From NCBI GenBank assembly GCA_949295025.1, contig CASFJK010000005.1:13235-77234 (forward strand): a stretch of DNA of 64,000 nt, read 5' to 3'. Every line of letters begins with the position of its first letter. Within the stretch, counting starts at the first letter, position 1. Source of the DNA: an uncultured Pseudomonadota bacterium (GTDB lineage Bacteria > Pseudomonadota > Alphaproteobacteria > RF32 > CAG-239). Below are positions 18,650-28,059 of this stretch, piece after piece. The notes beneath the pieces were generated by a model that saw nothing but the letters and a program-made list of their open reading frames with translations, ran no database searches and was not told the DNA's origin. The position numbers and the translations under genes were made by a program.

Positions 18650-19138
18650 TTACTTCATTCCCAAAGCGCGAGCATTACGATAATTATAATGCGTAATAGC
18701 CATTGCCAAAGCATCGGAAGAGTCATTATTCTTAGGCTTACACCCCGGCAACAATACTTTTACCATGGTTTCGACCTGACTTTTTTCAGCGCGCCCCACT
18801 CCGACAAGAGCTTTTTTCACCTTTGTTGGTTCATATTCGCAAACCGGAATTCCATAGAGTGCCGGAGCCATAATCACCACACCTCTTGCCATGCCAAGCT
18901 TAATGGTAGATGTTGGGTTTTCATTCAAAAACACTTGCTCAATGGCTGCCTCTTGTGGCTGATAAGTCTCAATCACTTCTTTCAAAGTGTTATGAATAAC
19001 AGTCAATCTTTCCGGCAACGGCAATTTTGGATCTGTTTTGATAAAACCATCAGCAACATAACGCAAATGATTATTCACGACTTCAATCACGCCCCAACCG
19101 GTAGAAGATAAACTCGGGTCCAAACCTAAGATTCGCAT
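18650..19138 (-). CDS. ruvC: Crossover junction endodeoxyribonuclease RuvC
   Basis: MRILGLDPSLSSTGWGVIE N-terminus (catalytic Asp), RNase H-like fold pattern, DSSDALAMAITH C-terminal motif. Confidence 0.9.
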   Translation of the reverse strand: MRILGLDPSLSSTGWGVIEVVNNHLRYVADGFIKTDPKLPLPERLTVIHNTLKEVIETYQPQEAAIEQVFLNENPTSTIKLGMARGVVIMAPALYGIPVCEYEPTKVKKALVGVGRAEKSQVETMVKVLLPGCKPKNNDSSDALAMAITHYNYRNARALGMK

Positions 19139-19203
19139 TTTTCCTCTTTCTTAAAAATAAAGCGGAACCTTTAAGCTCCGCCTTATTAACAATCACTCTA
19201 AAA

Positions 19204-19959
19204 TTATTCAGCTTCTAAAGCTTTCAAAACTTCTTCAGAAAACTCTGCATTATGATAAACTTTTTGGACGTCATCATCGTCTTCCAAAGCATCAACAAAG
19301 TCTAAGAACTTTTGAGCTGTTTCCAAATCGGTAATATCGGTTTTAACATTAGCTTTCCAATCCAAACGAGAAGCAGATGGTGTACCGAATTGTCCTTCCA
19401 AAACTTCTGTAACGGCAGACAAATCATCTGGCAAAGTTTCAATCTCGTGATGTTCATCATCGCTCACAACGTCATTAGCGCCGGCCTCCAAAGCAGCTTC
19501 AAACATTTTATCAGCTTCGGCAACAGATACGGGATATTGAATAAAACCAATACGTTCAAAGTTAAAAGTAACCGAACCGGTTTCACCCATAGCACCGCCG
19601 CGTTTACCAAAAATGGTACGAATATTTCCGGCTGTTCTGTTTTTGTTATCGGTCATTGCTTCAACAATAACGGCAACTTTACCCGGACCAAAACCTTCAT
19701 AACGAGCACTTACATAATCGGCGCCACCGGCTGTTTGGCTGGCTTTGGCAATAGCACGTTCAATATTATCTTTCGGCATACTTTCAGCACGAGCTGCTTG
19801 AATAGCCAAACGCAAACGTGGGTTTTTATCAGGTTCAGGCAAACCGCTTTTAGCAGCAATGGTAATATCTCTTGCCAATTTTGCAAAAACTTTTGCTTTT
19901 TTAGCATCTTGAGCACCTTTACGGTACATAATATTCTTAAACTGGGAGTGTCCAGACAT
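19204..19959 (-). CDS. yebC: YebC/PmpR family DNA-binding transcriptional regulator
   Basis: MSGHSQFKNIMYRKGAQDAKKAKVFAKL... is the highly conserved YebC N-terminus. Canonical position upstream of ruvC. Confidence 0.9.
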   Translation of the reverse strand: MSGHSQFKNIMYRKGAQDAKKAKVFAKLARDITIAAKSGLPEPDKNPRLRLAIQAARAESMPKDNIERAIAKASQTAGGADYVSARYEGFGPGKVAVIVEAMTDNKNRTAGNIRTIFGKRGGAMGETGSVTFNFERIGFIQYPVSVAEADKMFEAALEAGANDVVSDDEHHEIETLPDDLSAVTEVLEGQFGTPSASRLDWKANVKTDITDLETAQKFLDFVDALEDDDDVQKVYHNAEFSEEVLKALEAE

Positions 19960-20075
19960 CTTTATAACTCCTTAAAAACAAGGGCTTTAACCCTAAAAAA
20001 ATTCAAAACTCGGTGTGTTTATACATCAATCCATTCGTTTTCGCAAGATTTTTTTAAAAACAGAAAACAAAATAT

Positions 20076-20112
20076 AAAAAAAGCGGCATTTCAAACTGAT
20101 GCCGCCTTTTTC
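20076..20112. terminator. Rho-independent terminator
   Basis: aaaaaaGCGGCAtttcaaactgaTGCCGCctttttc. Confidence 0.65.
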
Positions 20113-20877
20113 TTACTCAATAACCATATAATCAACTCGTTGGTCATCAACCGATAATATTCTCAGTTTTACACCTTTGATATTAATCATCCCCGGTTTA
20201 GCCGGAAAACTATATTCTTTGAAACCACCTGTTGTTGAATCTTCATAATCATAATAAATAAACCACATGCGTCCTAAACGAACACCATCATATTTAATAT
20301 CGAACCCTTTAATTGGTTTTGATTGTTCTGTTTTGGTAATAAATACCGGCTCAAAACGAAATTTATCATTATTAGATACAAATTCTTGACGCAACAAGAC
20401 CAAACGTTTATTTTTAATCATACCTGTCTGATAATAAAGTTTGCCTGTTTTCTCTTCAGCCAAAACAACAAAATCTTCCATTTGCGTTGGTAAAAGCATA
20501 TATTTCAGACCATCAATCGTAACATAGCCGATAATATCAAAAGTCTGATTATTTTTATATTCATAAGGAACAGACACATTGCTTAAAACCACATTACCAG
20601 CCGCACGCACTTTTTCAGTAACAAAATAGCTTCTTTCAAAAGTCTTATCACTCAAAACAGAATAGCCTTTAAAAGCTGTACGCAATTCATTTACTTTAAA
20701 ACTTTTTTCATTAATATCTTCTGTTTTTACCAGTTTTGGAGCATTGTCTTTATAATCAATACCAATAGAATTAAACTTGTCAAACCATGCCCTTCTTCCT
20801 GACCAGACATCAACCTCTCCCGCATAAATACAAGCATTTAAGCACAAAGCCGCGCATAAAATAAAAGCTTTTTTCAT
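20113..20877 (-). CDS. Hypothetical lipoprotein/secreted protein
   Basis: MKKAFILCAALCLNACIYAG signal with a lipobox-like LNAC. No recognisable domain. Confidence 0.45.
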   Translation of the reverse strand: MKKAFILCAALCLNACIYAGEVDVWSGRRAWFDKFNSIGIDYKDNAPKLVKTEDINEKSFKVNELRTAFKGYSVLSDKTFERSYFVTEKVRAAGNVVLSNVSVPYEYKNNQTFDIIGYVTIDGLKYMLLPTQMEDFVVLAEEKTGKLYYQTGMIKNKRLVLLRQEFVSNNDKFRFEPVFITKTEQSKPIKGFDIKYDGVRLGRMWFIYYDYEDSTTGGFKEYSFPAKPGMINIKGVKLRILSVDDQRVDYMVIE

Positions 20878-20943
20878 CTGTTTTCTCTTAAAAATTTTAA
20901 TGTTTTCCTAATTAATATAATATATTTTAATTGAAGTAAATAA

Positions 20944-21861
20944 TTGATTCGTAAATTGGGGAAAATGATGGATAACAACAAAGACAATTGGCAAAGCCAA
21001 AAATCCGGTGCCTGTTGGCAAATTACCTTTGACAAAGAAGAAGAGTATAATGAAATTTTCACTAAGTTTTTAGAGGAATATTTCACCGTTGTCAGCTGCA
21101 ACTATAATGATGATGGAACCGAGCAATATGTAGCTTATCAAAACAACCACTTTGATGAGGAAGATTTTATCAATACGGCCAAACAAAGAAACATCATTCT
21201 CCCGCCTTATAAAAAAGAATATTTAGAAAGCCAAAACTGGCTTAAAGATTATGTAATTGAGTTTCCTCCGGTTGAGGTGGAAGACTTTTTAATCTATGGC
21301 ATTCATGAAAAGCAAGAACCAAAGACTGATAAATTAGCTTTAAAAATTTATGCTGCCACAGCTTTTGGCTCCAGCCACCCAACCACGCAAAGCTGCTTAA
21401 GAGCAATCAGCTGGCTCAATAAACAAAATGCCGAACATAAAAAGATTTTAGATATCGGCACCGGCTCTGGCATCTTGTCTTTAGCTGCAGCAAAATTATG
21501 GCAAGACTGCAAAATCATTGCCGTTGATATTGATGAAGAAGCCGTTTGGGTCACAAGACAAAACGCTCTGGATAATAATTTGCAAAACCAATTGGAAGTA
21601 GAAGTCAGTGACGGTTATCATTCTGAGCTGATTAAAAATAATGCTCCTTACGACATCATTTTCTCAAACATCTTAGCCCGCCCCTTAATTGAAATGGCTC
21701 CCGACTTATATAAAAGTTTGAAAAAAGGCGGCTATTGCATCTTATCCGGCTTTGTTGATGAGCAGGTAGATTGGGTTATCGGTGCTCATGAACAACAAGG
21801 CTTGAAGCTTGTTAAAATGTTTGAATTTGAAAACTGGCGCGCTGCTATACTGGAGAAATAA
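20944..21861 (+). CDS. prmA: Ribosomal protein L11 methyltransferase
   Basis: SAM-binding motif ILDIGTGSGILSLAAAKL, downstream DIDEEAV...DIIFSNIL. The start may be the internal MMDNNKD. Confidence 0.75.
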   Translation: MIRKLGKMMDNNKDNWQSQKSGACWQITFDKEEEYNEIFTKFLEEYFTVVSCNYNDDGTEQYVAYQNNHFDEEDFINTAKQRNIILPPYKKEYLESQNWLKDYVIEFPPVEVEDFLIYGIHEKQEPKTDKLALKIYAATAFGSSHPTTQSCLRAISWLNKQNAEHKKILDIGTGSGILSLAAAKLWQDCKIIAVDIDEEAVWVTRQNALDNNLQNQLEVEVSDGYHSELIKNNAPYDIIFSNILARPLIEMAPDLYKSLKKGGYCILSGFVDEQVDWVIGAHEQQGLKLVKMFEFENWRAAILEK

Positions 21862-21862
21862 T

Positions 21863-23551
21863 ATGACATTACCGGAAATCCGTGCATACTTAAAAAAACA
21901 TAAAATTGATGCCTATTTTTTACCACGCAACAATATGTTTTTGGAAGAAGATATTTTAGAAGAAGAAAACGAAATTTTCTTTTTAACCGGATTTTCCGGC
22001 TCTGCCGCCTCATTAGTCATCTGCCAAGAGAAAACCTATCTTTTTACCGATGGCAGATATGAGCTACAATCCAAAATGGAAACAAATCCCAAAGAAGTGG
22101 AAATTATATGCTCTTCGGCTGATTTTCCTTATTTGTGGCTACAAAATCATTTTGAGAATGGTAAGTTTACTTTAATGTATAACCCTTGGACAATCTCCGC
22201 CGGAACCATTGCCAAATTTACCGATATGTTTCCCAAAGCCAAACTCGTTTGCGATGAAAAAAATTTATTTGGAAACAAGCTGAGCTCAAAAAAAACACAT
22301 GTATTTTCTTTGTCGGAAGAATACGCCGGTATCCGTGCCGAAGAAAAAATCAGTGAGATTATTCCAACCATCAAGCAAAACGGCTGCGATGCTTACCTTA
22401 TCACCTCTGCCAATGAGGTTTCTTGGTTGACAAACTTGCGCTCAGATACTTTGCCCGATTCGCCGATTTTAAGAGCCTTTGCTTTGGTCAAAAAAGACGG
22501 CTCCGTTACCTTGTTTGCTGATAACACCGATAAAGCCGATATTTTACCGATGAGTAAGCTTGAAAAAAGCTTAAAATCTGTCAAAAAAGGCAAGTTGGGT
22601 ATCGACAAAAAGAACTTGCCGCAAATGATTTGTGAAATTTTCGGAGAAAAAAATTTAGTTGATATCGGAGATATTATCAGAAGTAAACAAATCATCAAAA
22701 ACGAAGTTGAGCTCCAAGGCTATATTGAAGCTCACAAACAAGATGCAGTTGCCATGATAAAGTTTCTCTATTGGCTCGATAATAATTATAAAGGCAAAAC
22801 TGAATTAGATATTGTAGCAAAAGTTGATGCCTACCGCGCCGAAGATGATATGTTTATTTGTAAAAGTTTTGACACTATTGCCGCCACTGGTAGTAACGGC
22901 GCCATTGTTCACTATCACCCGAGCGAAAGCACCAATAAAGTATTGGAAAAAAACTCCGTATTGTTGTTAGACAGTGGTGGACATTATAAAAACGGCACCA
23001 CCGACATCACCCGAACCATAGCTTTAGGCATACCCAAACAAAAAGTGGTTGATGCCAACACCATCGTTTTAAAATCACATATTGCTCTGTCTTGTACAGT
23101 CTTCCCCAAAGGCACAACAGGTTTGGCACTAGATGCCATCTGCCGCAAAGAATTATGGCAAGAAAATATGGACTTCAAACACGGCACCGGACACGGCGTC
23201 GGCTTCATCTTGAATGTGCATGAAGCCCCGCGCATTTCCAATCAAGCAAAAAATTCGCATTTTTATAAAAATATGGTCACTTCAATCGAACCCGGATATT
23301 ATAAAGAAAATGAGTTTGGTATCCGCATTGAAAATCTATATTATACCAAAGAATGTGAAAATTCTGATTTGTTAAAATTTGAAGTTTTGACTTTAGTTCC
23401 TCTTGATAAACGCCTGATTAATAAATATCTCTTAAGTGAAGATGAGATAAAATGGGTTAATGAATATCACCAAAAAGTGTTGGAGACCATGAGCCCATAT
23501 TTGGATAACAAACATAAAGAGTGGTTGGAAGATGCCTGCGCACCGCTCTAA
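21863..23551 (+). CDS. pepP: Xaa-Pro aminopeptidase (M24B family)
   Basis: Pita-bread fold metal ligands: HGTGHGVGFILNVHE, DITRT. N-terminal creatinase-like domain. Confidence 0.8.
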   Translation: MTLPEIRAYLKKHKIDAYFLPRNNMFLEEDILEEENEIFFLTGFSGSAASLVICQEKTYLFTDGRYELQSKMETNPKEVEIICSSADFPYLWLQNHFENGKFTLMYNPWTISAGTIAKFTDMFPKAKLVCDEKNLFGNKLSSKKTHVFSLSEEYAGIRAEEKISEIIPTIKQNGCDAYLITSANEVSWLTNLRSDTLPDSPILRAFALVKKDGSVTLFADNTDKADILPMSKLEKSLKSVKKGKLGIDKKNLPQMICEIFGEKNLVDIGDIIRSKQIIKNEVELQGYIEAHKQDAVAMIKFLYWLDNNYKGKTELDIVAKVDAYRAEDDMFICKSFDTIAATGSNGAIVHYHPSESTNKVLEKNSVLLLDSGGHYKNGTTDITRTIALGIPKQKVVDANTIVLKSHIALSCTVFPKGTTGLALDAICRKELWQENMDFKHGTGHGVGFILNVHEAPRISNQAKNSHFYKNMVTSIEPGYYKENEFGIRIENLYYTKECENSDLLKFEVLTLVPLDKRLINKYLLSEDEIKWVNEYHQKVLETMSPYLDNKHKEWLEDACAPL

Positions 23552-23568
23552 AGACAAGGAAAAGTGAG

Positions 23569-24030
23569 ATGAAAAAAGTGATAGCTTCTGCAATTATTTT
23601 GGGCTTTGCCACAACATCTGCTTTGGCACAAGAACCGGTTTATGAAGGAGGTTATAACCCCAACCTCACTTTTGAACAATATGAACAACTGGAAAATCCC
23701 AAACCCGAGCAATCACAAATTTTCATTTTTACCAACGGCGAGCCCTGCTATGGCTGCGAGCAGACCATTAATTTGATAACCCAAATTTATAATGAAAATT
23801 ATCAAAATCTCTATCAGTTACAACAAATCAATTATCAAACCGATACCGAATATAATTATCAGCAAACATACAATTTGAGCCAGCCTTTGGAAATTGTGCT
23901 GGTCAAAAATCAATATGGTGAAAATTTAGGCTATCGTAAATTGGAAAATCTGCAATTTCAATATGACGATCCGGTCAGTTTTCAAGAAACTTTTATTACT
24001 GATGTAAATAGCTATTTGGGTGAAGAATAA
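23569..24030 (+). CDS. Hypothetical secreted Q/N/Y-rich protein
   Basis: Signal peptide MKKVIASAIILGFATTSALAQEP. The mature region is rich in Q, N, Y (QQINYQTDTEYNYQQTYNLSQ). Confidence 0.45.
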   Translation: MKKVIASAIILGFATTSALAQEPVYEGGYNPNLTFEQYEQLENPKPEQSQIFIFTNGEPCYGCEQTINLITQIYNENYQNLYQLQQINYQTDTEYNYQQTYNLSQPLEIVLVKNQYGENLGYRKLENLQFQYDDPVSFQETFITDVNSYLGEE

Positions 24031-24035
24031 CAAGC

Positions 24036-24551
24036 TTACTTTTTGCGATATGGCGTCAAACGAGGCAAAAATCTCGGCACGTTACGTTTATATTCAGCAT
24101 AATCTTTACCATAACGCTTGAATAACCCTTTCTCTTCGGAAAGTGGAAAATAAACGGCATTAATCGCAATAAAGATAAGCGCATAAATCAGCAACGCTTG
24201 CGATTGAAAAAACAATGCCTCTGCAAACAAAATGCAAAACACACCTGAGAGCATGGGGTTTCGCACATAAGCATAAGGACCTGTAACAATCAACTTATCA
24301 ATCGGGTCCCATGGTGCAGGCGTTCCTTTGCCCACAGCGGCAAACAAGCGCATTGTCCAAATAACCAGAAAAAAGCCCAAAGCCAATAAAAACAACATCA
24401 AGATAAATTTGAATGAAAGCTCCGGAGAAATGATGTCAAATTGGCAAAAATACAAAATCACCGCCGGAATGGTGACAAGCACATTAAAAGGCAAAATCAA
24501 AATAGCTTTGAGCATAGTTGTTCTCCTTAATAACGGCAGTATAAACTCCAA
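24036..24551 (-). CDS. Isoprenylcysteine carboxyl methyltransferase (ICMT)/phospholipid methyltransferase family membrane protein
   Basis: Multi-TM protein with a C-terminal GPYAYVRNPMLSG motif (the RNPxY SAM-binding motif of ICMT/PEMT). Confidence 0.65.
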   Translation of the reverse strand: MEFILPLLRRTTMLKAILILPFNVLVTIPAVILYFCQFDIISPELSFKFILMLFLLALGFFLVIWTMRLFAAVGKGTPAPWDPIDKLIVTGPYAYVRNPMLSGVFCILFAEALFFQSQALLIYALIFIAINAVYFPLSEEKGLFKRYGKDYAEYKRNVPRFLPRLTPYRKK

Positions 24552-24567
24552 AGCTTAAAAATCAGTC

Positions 24568-24606
24568 AAAAAAAAAAGAGGATTTCATTACGAAATCCCC
24601 TTTTTT
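24568..24606. terminator. Rho-independent bidirectional terminator; copy 2 of the GAGGATTTC...GAAATCCCC palindrome family
   Basis: aaaaaaaaaaGAGGATTTCattacGAAATCCCCtttttt. Confidence 0.7.
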
Positions 24607-24624
24607 CTTTTATGGAAATATCTC

Positions 24625-25791
24625 TTACATTACGGCAAGAGATATTTTTTCAATCATTCCTTCCGTGCTCGGCACTGCCAATTTTTCGTGAATAAAACCA
24701 CACAGATTGGAAGCGCTGATACTTGTTTTCGGGATGCCGAATGTTGTTTCCACAAATCCGGCAACAGCATCGGCGAATTCCAAAATCACAGCTTCTGGAG
24801 CACCAAGGTAGAGTTCATCGACAACGATATATGCGCCCTCCATATCCTCTTTACCATAGAATTCGATATATGAACAAGCATATACGTCATCCGGCTTGGT
24901 GATATTTACCTGAGGGTTAGACATTGCAACCATCGCATCACCCCACTGCGGGATACAACCGATGAAGTCACCAAATAAGTGAACCCATACGTAACGCGCC
25001 GCCTTAGCGATAAAAATGGCGCGTCCTTGCTCATCAACTGAATGGAATTCATAACGAGCGAAGAACTCTTCGTTTTTCACGCCCCAGCTACCACCACCTG
25101 AGCAATACTCAACCTGCCAAACATCATCAGCAGCATATTCGGCTGCTTCGAATGCTCCATTGGTGTGTGCCATAATAAACTCACCTGTGTCTGCCTTGCG
25201 GGCATAAACCGGTTTCAGAGCATTTTTGATAGCAATAGAAGCGTTGCCGTCTTTGGCCATTTTGGCATAAGCGAGAGCCTTAAAATTTACGCCAACCACA
25301 AAGCAGCGATTTTTCTCGTTATAGAGCTCCCTCGGCACAGAAACCTGTTCCTGACCGTCAAAAGCAATATAATGAAGGCTTTCGTATGTTCCGTCGCTTT
25401 CGGCGGTGATGTAACCTAAACCATCGGCCTCCAACTCTTCCCGCTCATATTTTGAAGCAAGATAGAACTTGCGACCTTGTTTGTCATGCCACAAGATACC
25501 GGTCATCGGCACCATCTGGCAGACGATTTCACCGTTCTGATATGCAATGACGGGGTTCTCAGCCTTTTTCAAAGCCTTTGCGACCTTCTCGGGGTTAGAG
25601 GAATCAATCAACTTTGCCCAACGGCCGTTTCCGTCGGTGAAGAAAGATGATTTAACTTCCTTTCCACCTCTCACCACTACCGTCTTGCCTGTTTCGTCAA
25701 AAGTTACAAAGTTTTCACAATCTCTTAAGCCTCCTTTGACATTTACCAATGAATACTCGTAACCGGCACGGTCAAAAATTTTCTGTTCCAT
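24625..25791 (-). CDS. Hypothetical 388 aa protein with GC clearly above the local background
   Basis: Long ORF whose DNA is clearly GC-richer than its neighbours. No motif recognised. Confidence 0.5.
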   Translation of the reverse strand: MEQKIFDRAGYEYSLVNVKGGLRDCENFVTFDETGKTVVVRGGKEVKSSFFTDGNGRWAKLIDSSNPEKVAKALKKAENPVIAYQNGEIVCQMVPMTGILWHDKQGRKFYLASKYEREELEADGLGYITAESDGTYESLHYIAFDGQEQVSVPRELYNEKNRCFVVGVNFKALAYAKMAKDGNASIAIKNALKPVYARKADTGEFIMAHTNGAFEAAEYAADDVWQVEYCSGGGSWGVKNEEFFARYEFHSVDEQGRAIFIAKAARYVWVHLFGDFIGCIPQWGDAMVAMSNPQVNITKPDDVYACSYIEFYGKEDMEGAYIVVDELYLGAPEAVILEFADAVAGFVETTFGIPKTSISASNLCGFIHEKLAVPSTEGMIEKISLAVM

Positions 25792-25934
25792 AAATAAATT
25801 GTTTTTATACCCTTTCGGGCGTTAATAATAATGTTAATTCTTAAGTTATCAGCAAAGAATATATCACAATTTTCACCTTTCTGCAAGAGATTTTAGACAA
25901 AAAAAGAGCCCCGTATTTGTACGAGGCTTTTTTT

Positions 25935-26903
25935 CTAAATCTTTCTTGCCAGTTTTTTATGGTGCTGATAACCAAGATACCATTCATAAATCAGCAACAC
26001 GATGCTTGATAAAATCAGCGGCAAAACATAGTAGATGATTCGGTAAGCCAAGAGCGCACCAAACAAGTTTGCCATTTGGTCACTTCCTCCGGGGATGATG
26101 AACAAGAACAAACCTTCAAACACACCCAAACCACCGGGGACTTGGCTAAATACGCCCAAAACTTGGGCTATAATAAATACGCCGATAAACAAATCAAACG
26201 GAATATCTACAAAAGAAATGAGCACGGAATACAAAACCAAAGAAGCAAGCAAAATATCTGCCGCACCAAGAATGGTCTGCTCTAACGCTAATTTAAAGCT
26301 CGGCATATCAAATTCCACTTCTTTGATGATAAGCGGCTTCTTGTAAAACAAAGTTGCCCAAAAATAAGCTGCCAAACCAATTACGGCAACAATTGTCGTT
26401 ATAAGAGTGGTCATTTTAGAAGCTGAGCCTTCACCAAAAGCATGGTCCGGTGTTAAAAAATAGCCGATGATGATGAGCAAAAAGCAACCAAACAAATATG
26501 TAAAGCCAGAAAAAGTAACCATACGCAAAATGTCAGTAGCCTTAAAACGCCAACGTGTGTAAAAACGATATCTGACTGTTCCACCCGATACAATGGCATG
26601 TCCGGCATTATTGCTAACAGAAAAGCCGATAAATCCAACAAAAATCCATTTCCAAGCCGCGAGCTTTCTGCCAATATATTTCAGCGCCAAATAGTCATAT
26701 GAAGACAAAGCCACATATCCAAAAAATGAAGCAATGCAAGCATAAGTCAAATTTTCGGAAGGAATACTCAAAAGCGCATTTTTTATATCAGCCCAAGAAT
26801 ATTTTGAAAGCTGATTATAGAGCATATAAGCGGCAAAGGCAAAAAAGAACAAGCCAAGCCAAGAAATCATTTTTTTCAAAAATCTTTTGGTTTTTCCGGA
26901 CAT
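25935..26903 (-). CDS. UPF0104 / lysylphosphatidylglycerol-synthase-TM-like ('flippase-like') membrane protein
   Basis: About 8 TM helices. Overall architecture typical of the TIGR00374 flippase-like family. Confidence 0.45.
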   Translation of the reverse strand: MSGKTKRFLKKMISWLGLFFFAFAAYMLYNQLSKYSWADIKNALLSIPSENLTYACIASFFGYVALSSYDYLALKYIGRKLAAWKWIFVGFIGFSVSNNAGHAIVSGGTVRYRFYTRWRFKATDILRMVTFSGFTYLFGCFLLIIIGYFLTPDHAFGEGSASKMTTLITTIVAVIGLAAYFWATLFYKKPLIIKEVEFDMPSFKLALEQTILGAADILLASLVLYSVLISFVDIPFDLFIGVFIIAQVLGVFSQVPGGLGVFEGLFLFIIPGGSDQMANLFGALLAYRIIYYVLPLILSSIVLLIYEWYLGYQHHKKLARKI

Positions 26904-27013
26904 TTCACAAACTTCTCTTTAATTTTAACATTATTTAAAATATAGATAACACAACTCTTTAATTCAACTATAGTATTAAAGAAAAATTGTCCACAGAAAT
27001 CGACAAGCCCAAA

Positions 27014-28006
27014 TCACATTCCGATTCTTTGGTTAAGTTTCAACAAATCTATAATTGAAAAAATGCTGTAAAATTGGTTCACCACTTCACGCATTTTGCC
27101 ATATCTGGCGGTTGTGGTGAACAAAGAGGTTGTTTCAAACATATCTTTGGATGTCGGAACCAGAATAAAAAGCTGATTATTAAAAAAGCTAAATTCAATT
27201 TTGGTTCCGTGAAAGAGTTTTTTCACTTTCAAAATGCGTTCCATAAAAGCCGTTGTCAAAACATATCTGGCTTCCACCTGATTGTTGCTGAAAGTTTCAA
27301 AATATTTTTCAAAACGACTATCTTCTAAAGTAACCTTATCCAATTTTTGTTTTTTAGAATCAATTTGACATCTTGGGCGACACATCAAAAAATTAAACAT
27401 TCCCCAATCGGAACGCACCACCGTCTGCCCCGAAAAATCCTTATTCATATCCAAAACAATGATAACACCGTCAAACACGGTCTTTTCATATCTGCCTTTA
27501 TTTGTCCTTATTTCAAATGTCAATTTTTCATTAGATACCTGCATTTTCACGCCATGATAAGTTCCGGAAAAGAAATCATCAGCATATTGATTATCAAATT
27601 TTCCAATCAATCCGGACTGATGTAAAATCTCATGCCTTGTTGCAGAATGTGCAGAATAACGAAAATCTCCAAAAAAAGCCAAAATCTTATCCATGACCAT
27701 TTTTTTGGTCTTATCTTTATATGCAATAAACGGATAAGAAAGCGTTATTCCCATAACAATCAGATAAATTCCCCAAAACCATACAAACCAATCCTGCTCC
27801 AAAACACTCGGATGAATAACATGTATTTTAAAAAGAAAAATAACGATGAGAATACCCAAACAAAAAAGAATACACCACTTAAAAAAGAAATATAAATAAT
27901 CTCGTCGGATGGGCTCCAATGCCTCAAACTTATCCCCCAAATTTTGCCGATAATATTGCAAAAAATTTGCATGCAGGTCAGCCAATTCTTTATTGATTTT
28001 GCGCAT
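27014..28006 (-). CDS. Hypothetical membrane protein (two N-terminal TM helices plus a cytoplasmic domain; possibly DUF3137-like)
   Basis: Two adjacent TM helices (CILFCLGILIVIFLF / WFWGIYLIVMGITLSYPFIAY) followed by a 230 aa soluble domain. Confidence 0.35.
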   Translation of the reverse strand: MRKINKELADLHANFLQYYRQNLGDKFEALEPIRRDYLYFFFKWCILFCLGILIVIFLFKIHVIHPSVLEQDWFVWFWGIYLIVMGITLSYPFIAYKDKTKKMVMDKILAFFGDFRYSAHSATRHEILHQSGLIGKFDNQYADDFFSGTYHGVKMQVSNEKLTFEIRTNKGRYEKTVFDGVIIVLDMNKDFSGQTVVRSDWGMFNFLMCRPRCQIDSKKQKLDKVTLEDSRFEKYFETFSNNQVEARYVLTTAFMERILKVKKLFHGTKIEFSFFNNQLFILVPTSKDMFETTSLFTTTARYGKMREVVNQFYSIFSIIDLLKLNQRIGM

Positions 28007-28059
28007 TTTAATCTCCTTTTAGGGGAGATTAGAACACAACTTAATAAATTTATTCTTAA

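Noticed and set aside
19312-20157. 281 aa plus-strand ORF with N/F/S-rich composition.
   Set aside because: It lies entirely antisense to the well-supported yebC gene and has the low-complexity, hydrophobic-skewed composition typical of shadow ORFs in AT-rich DNA.
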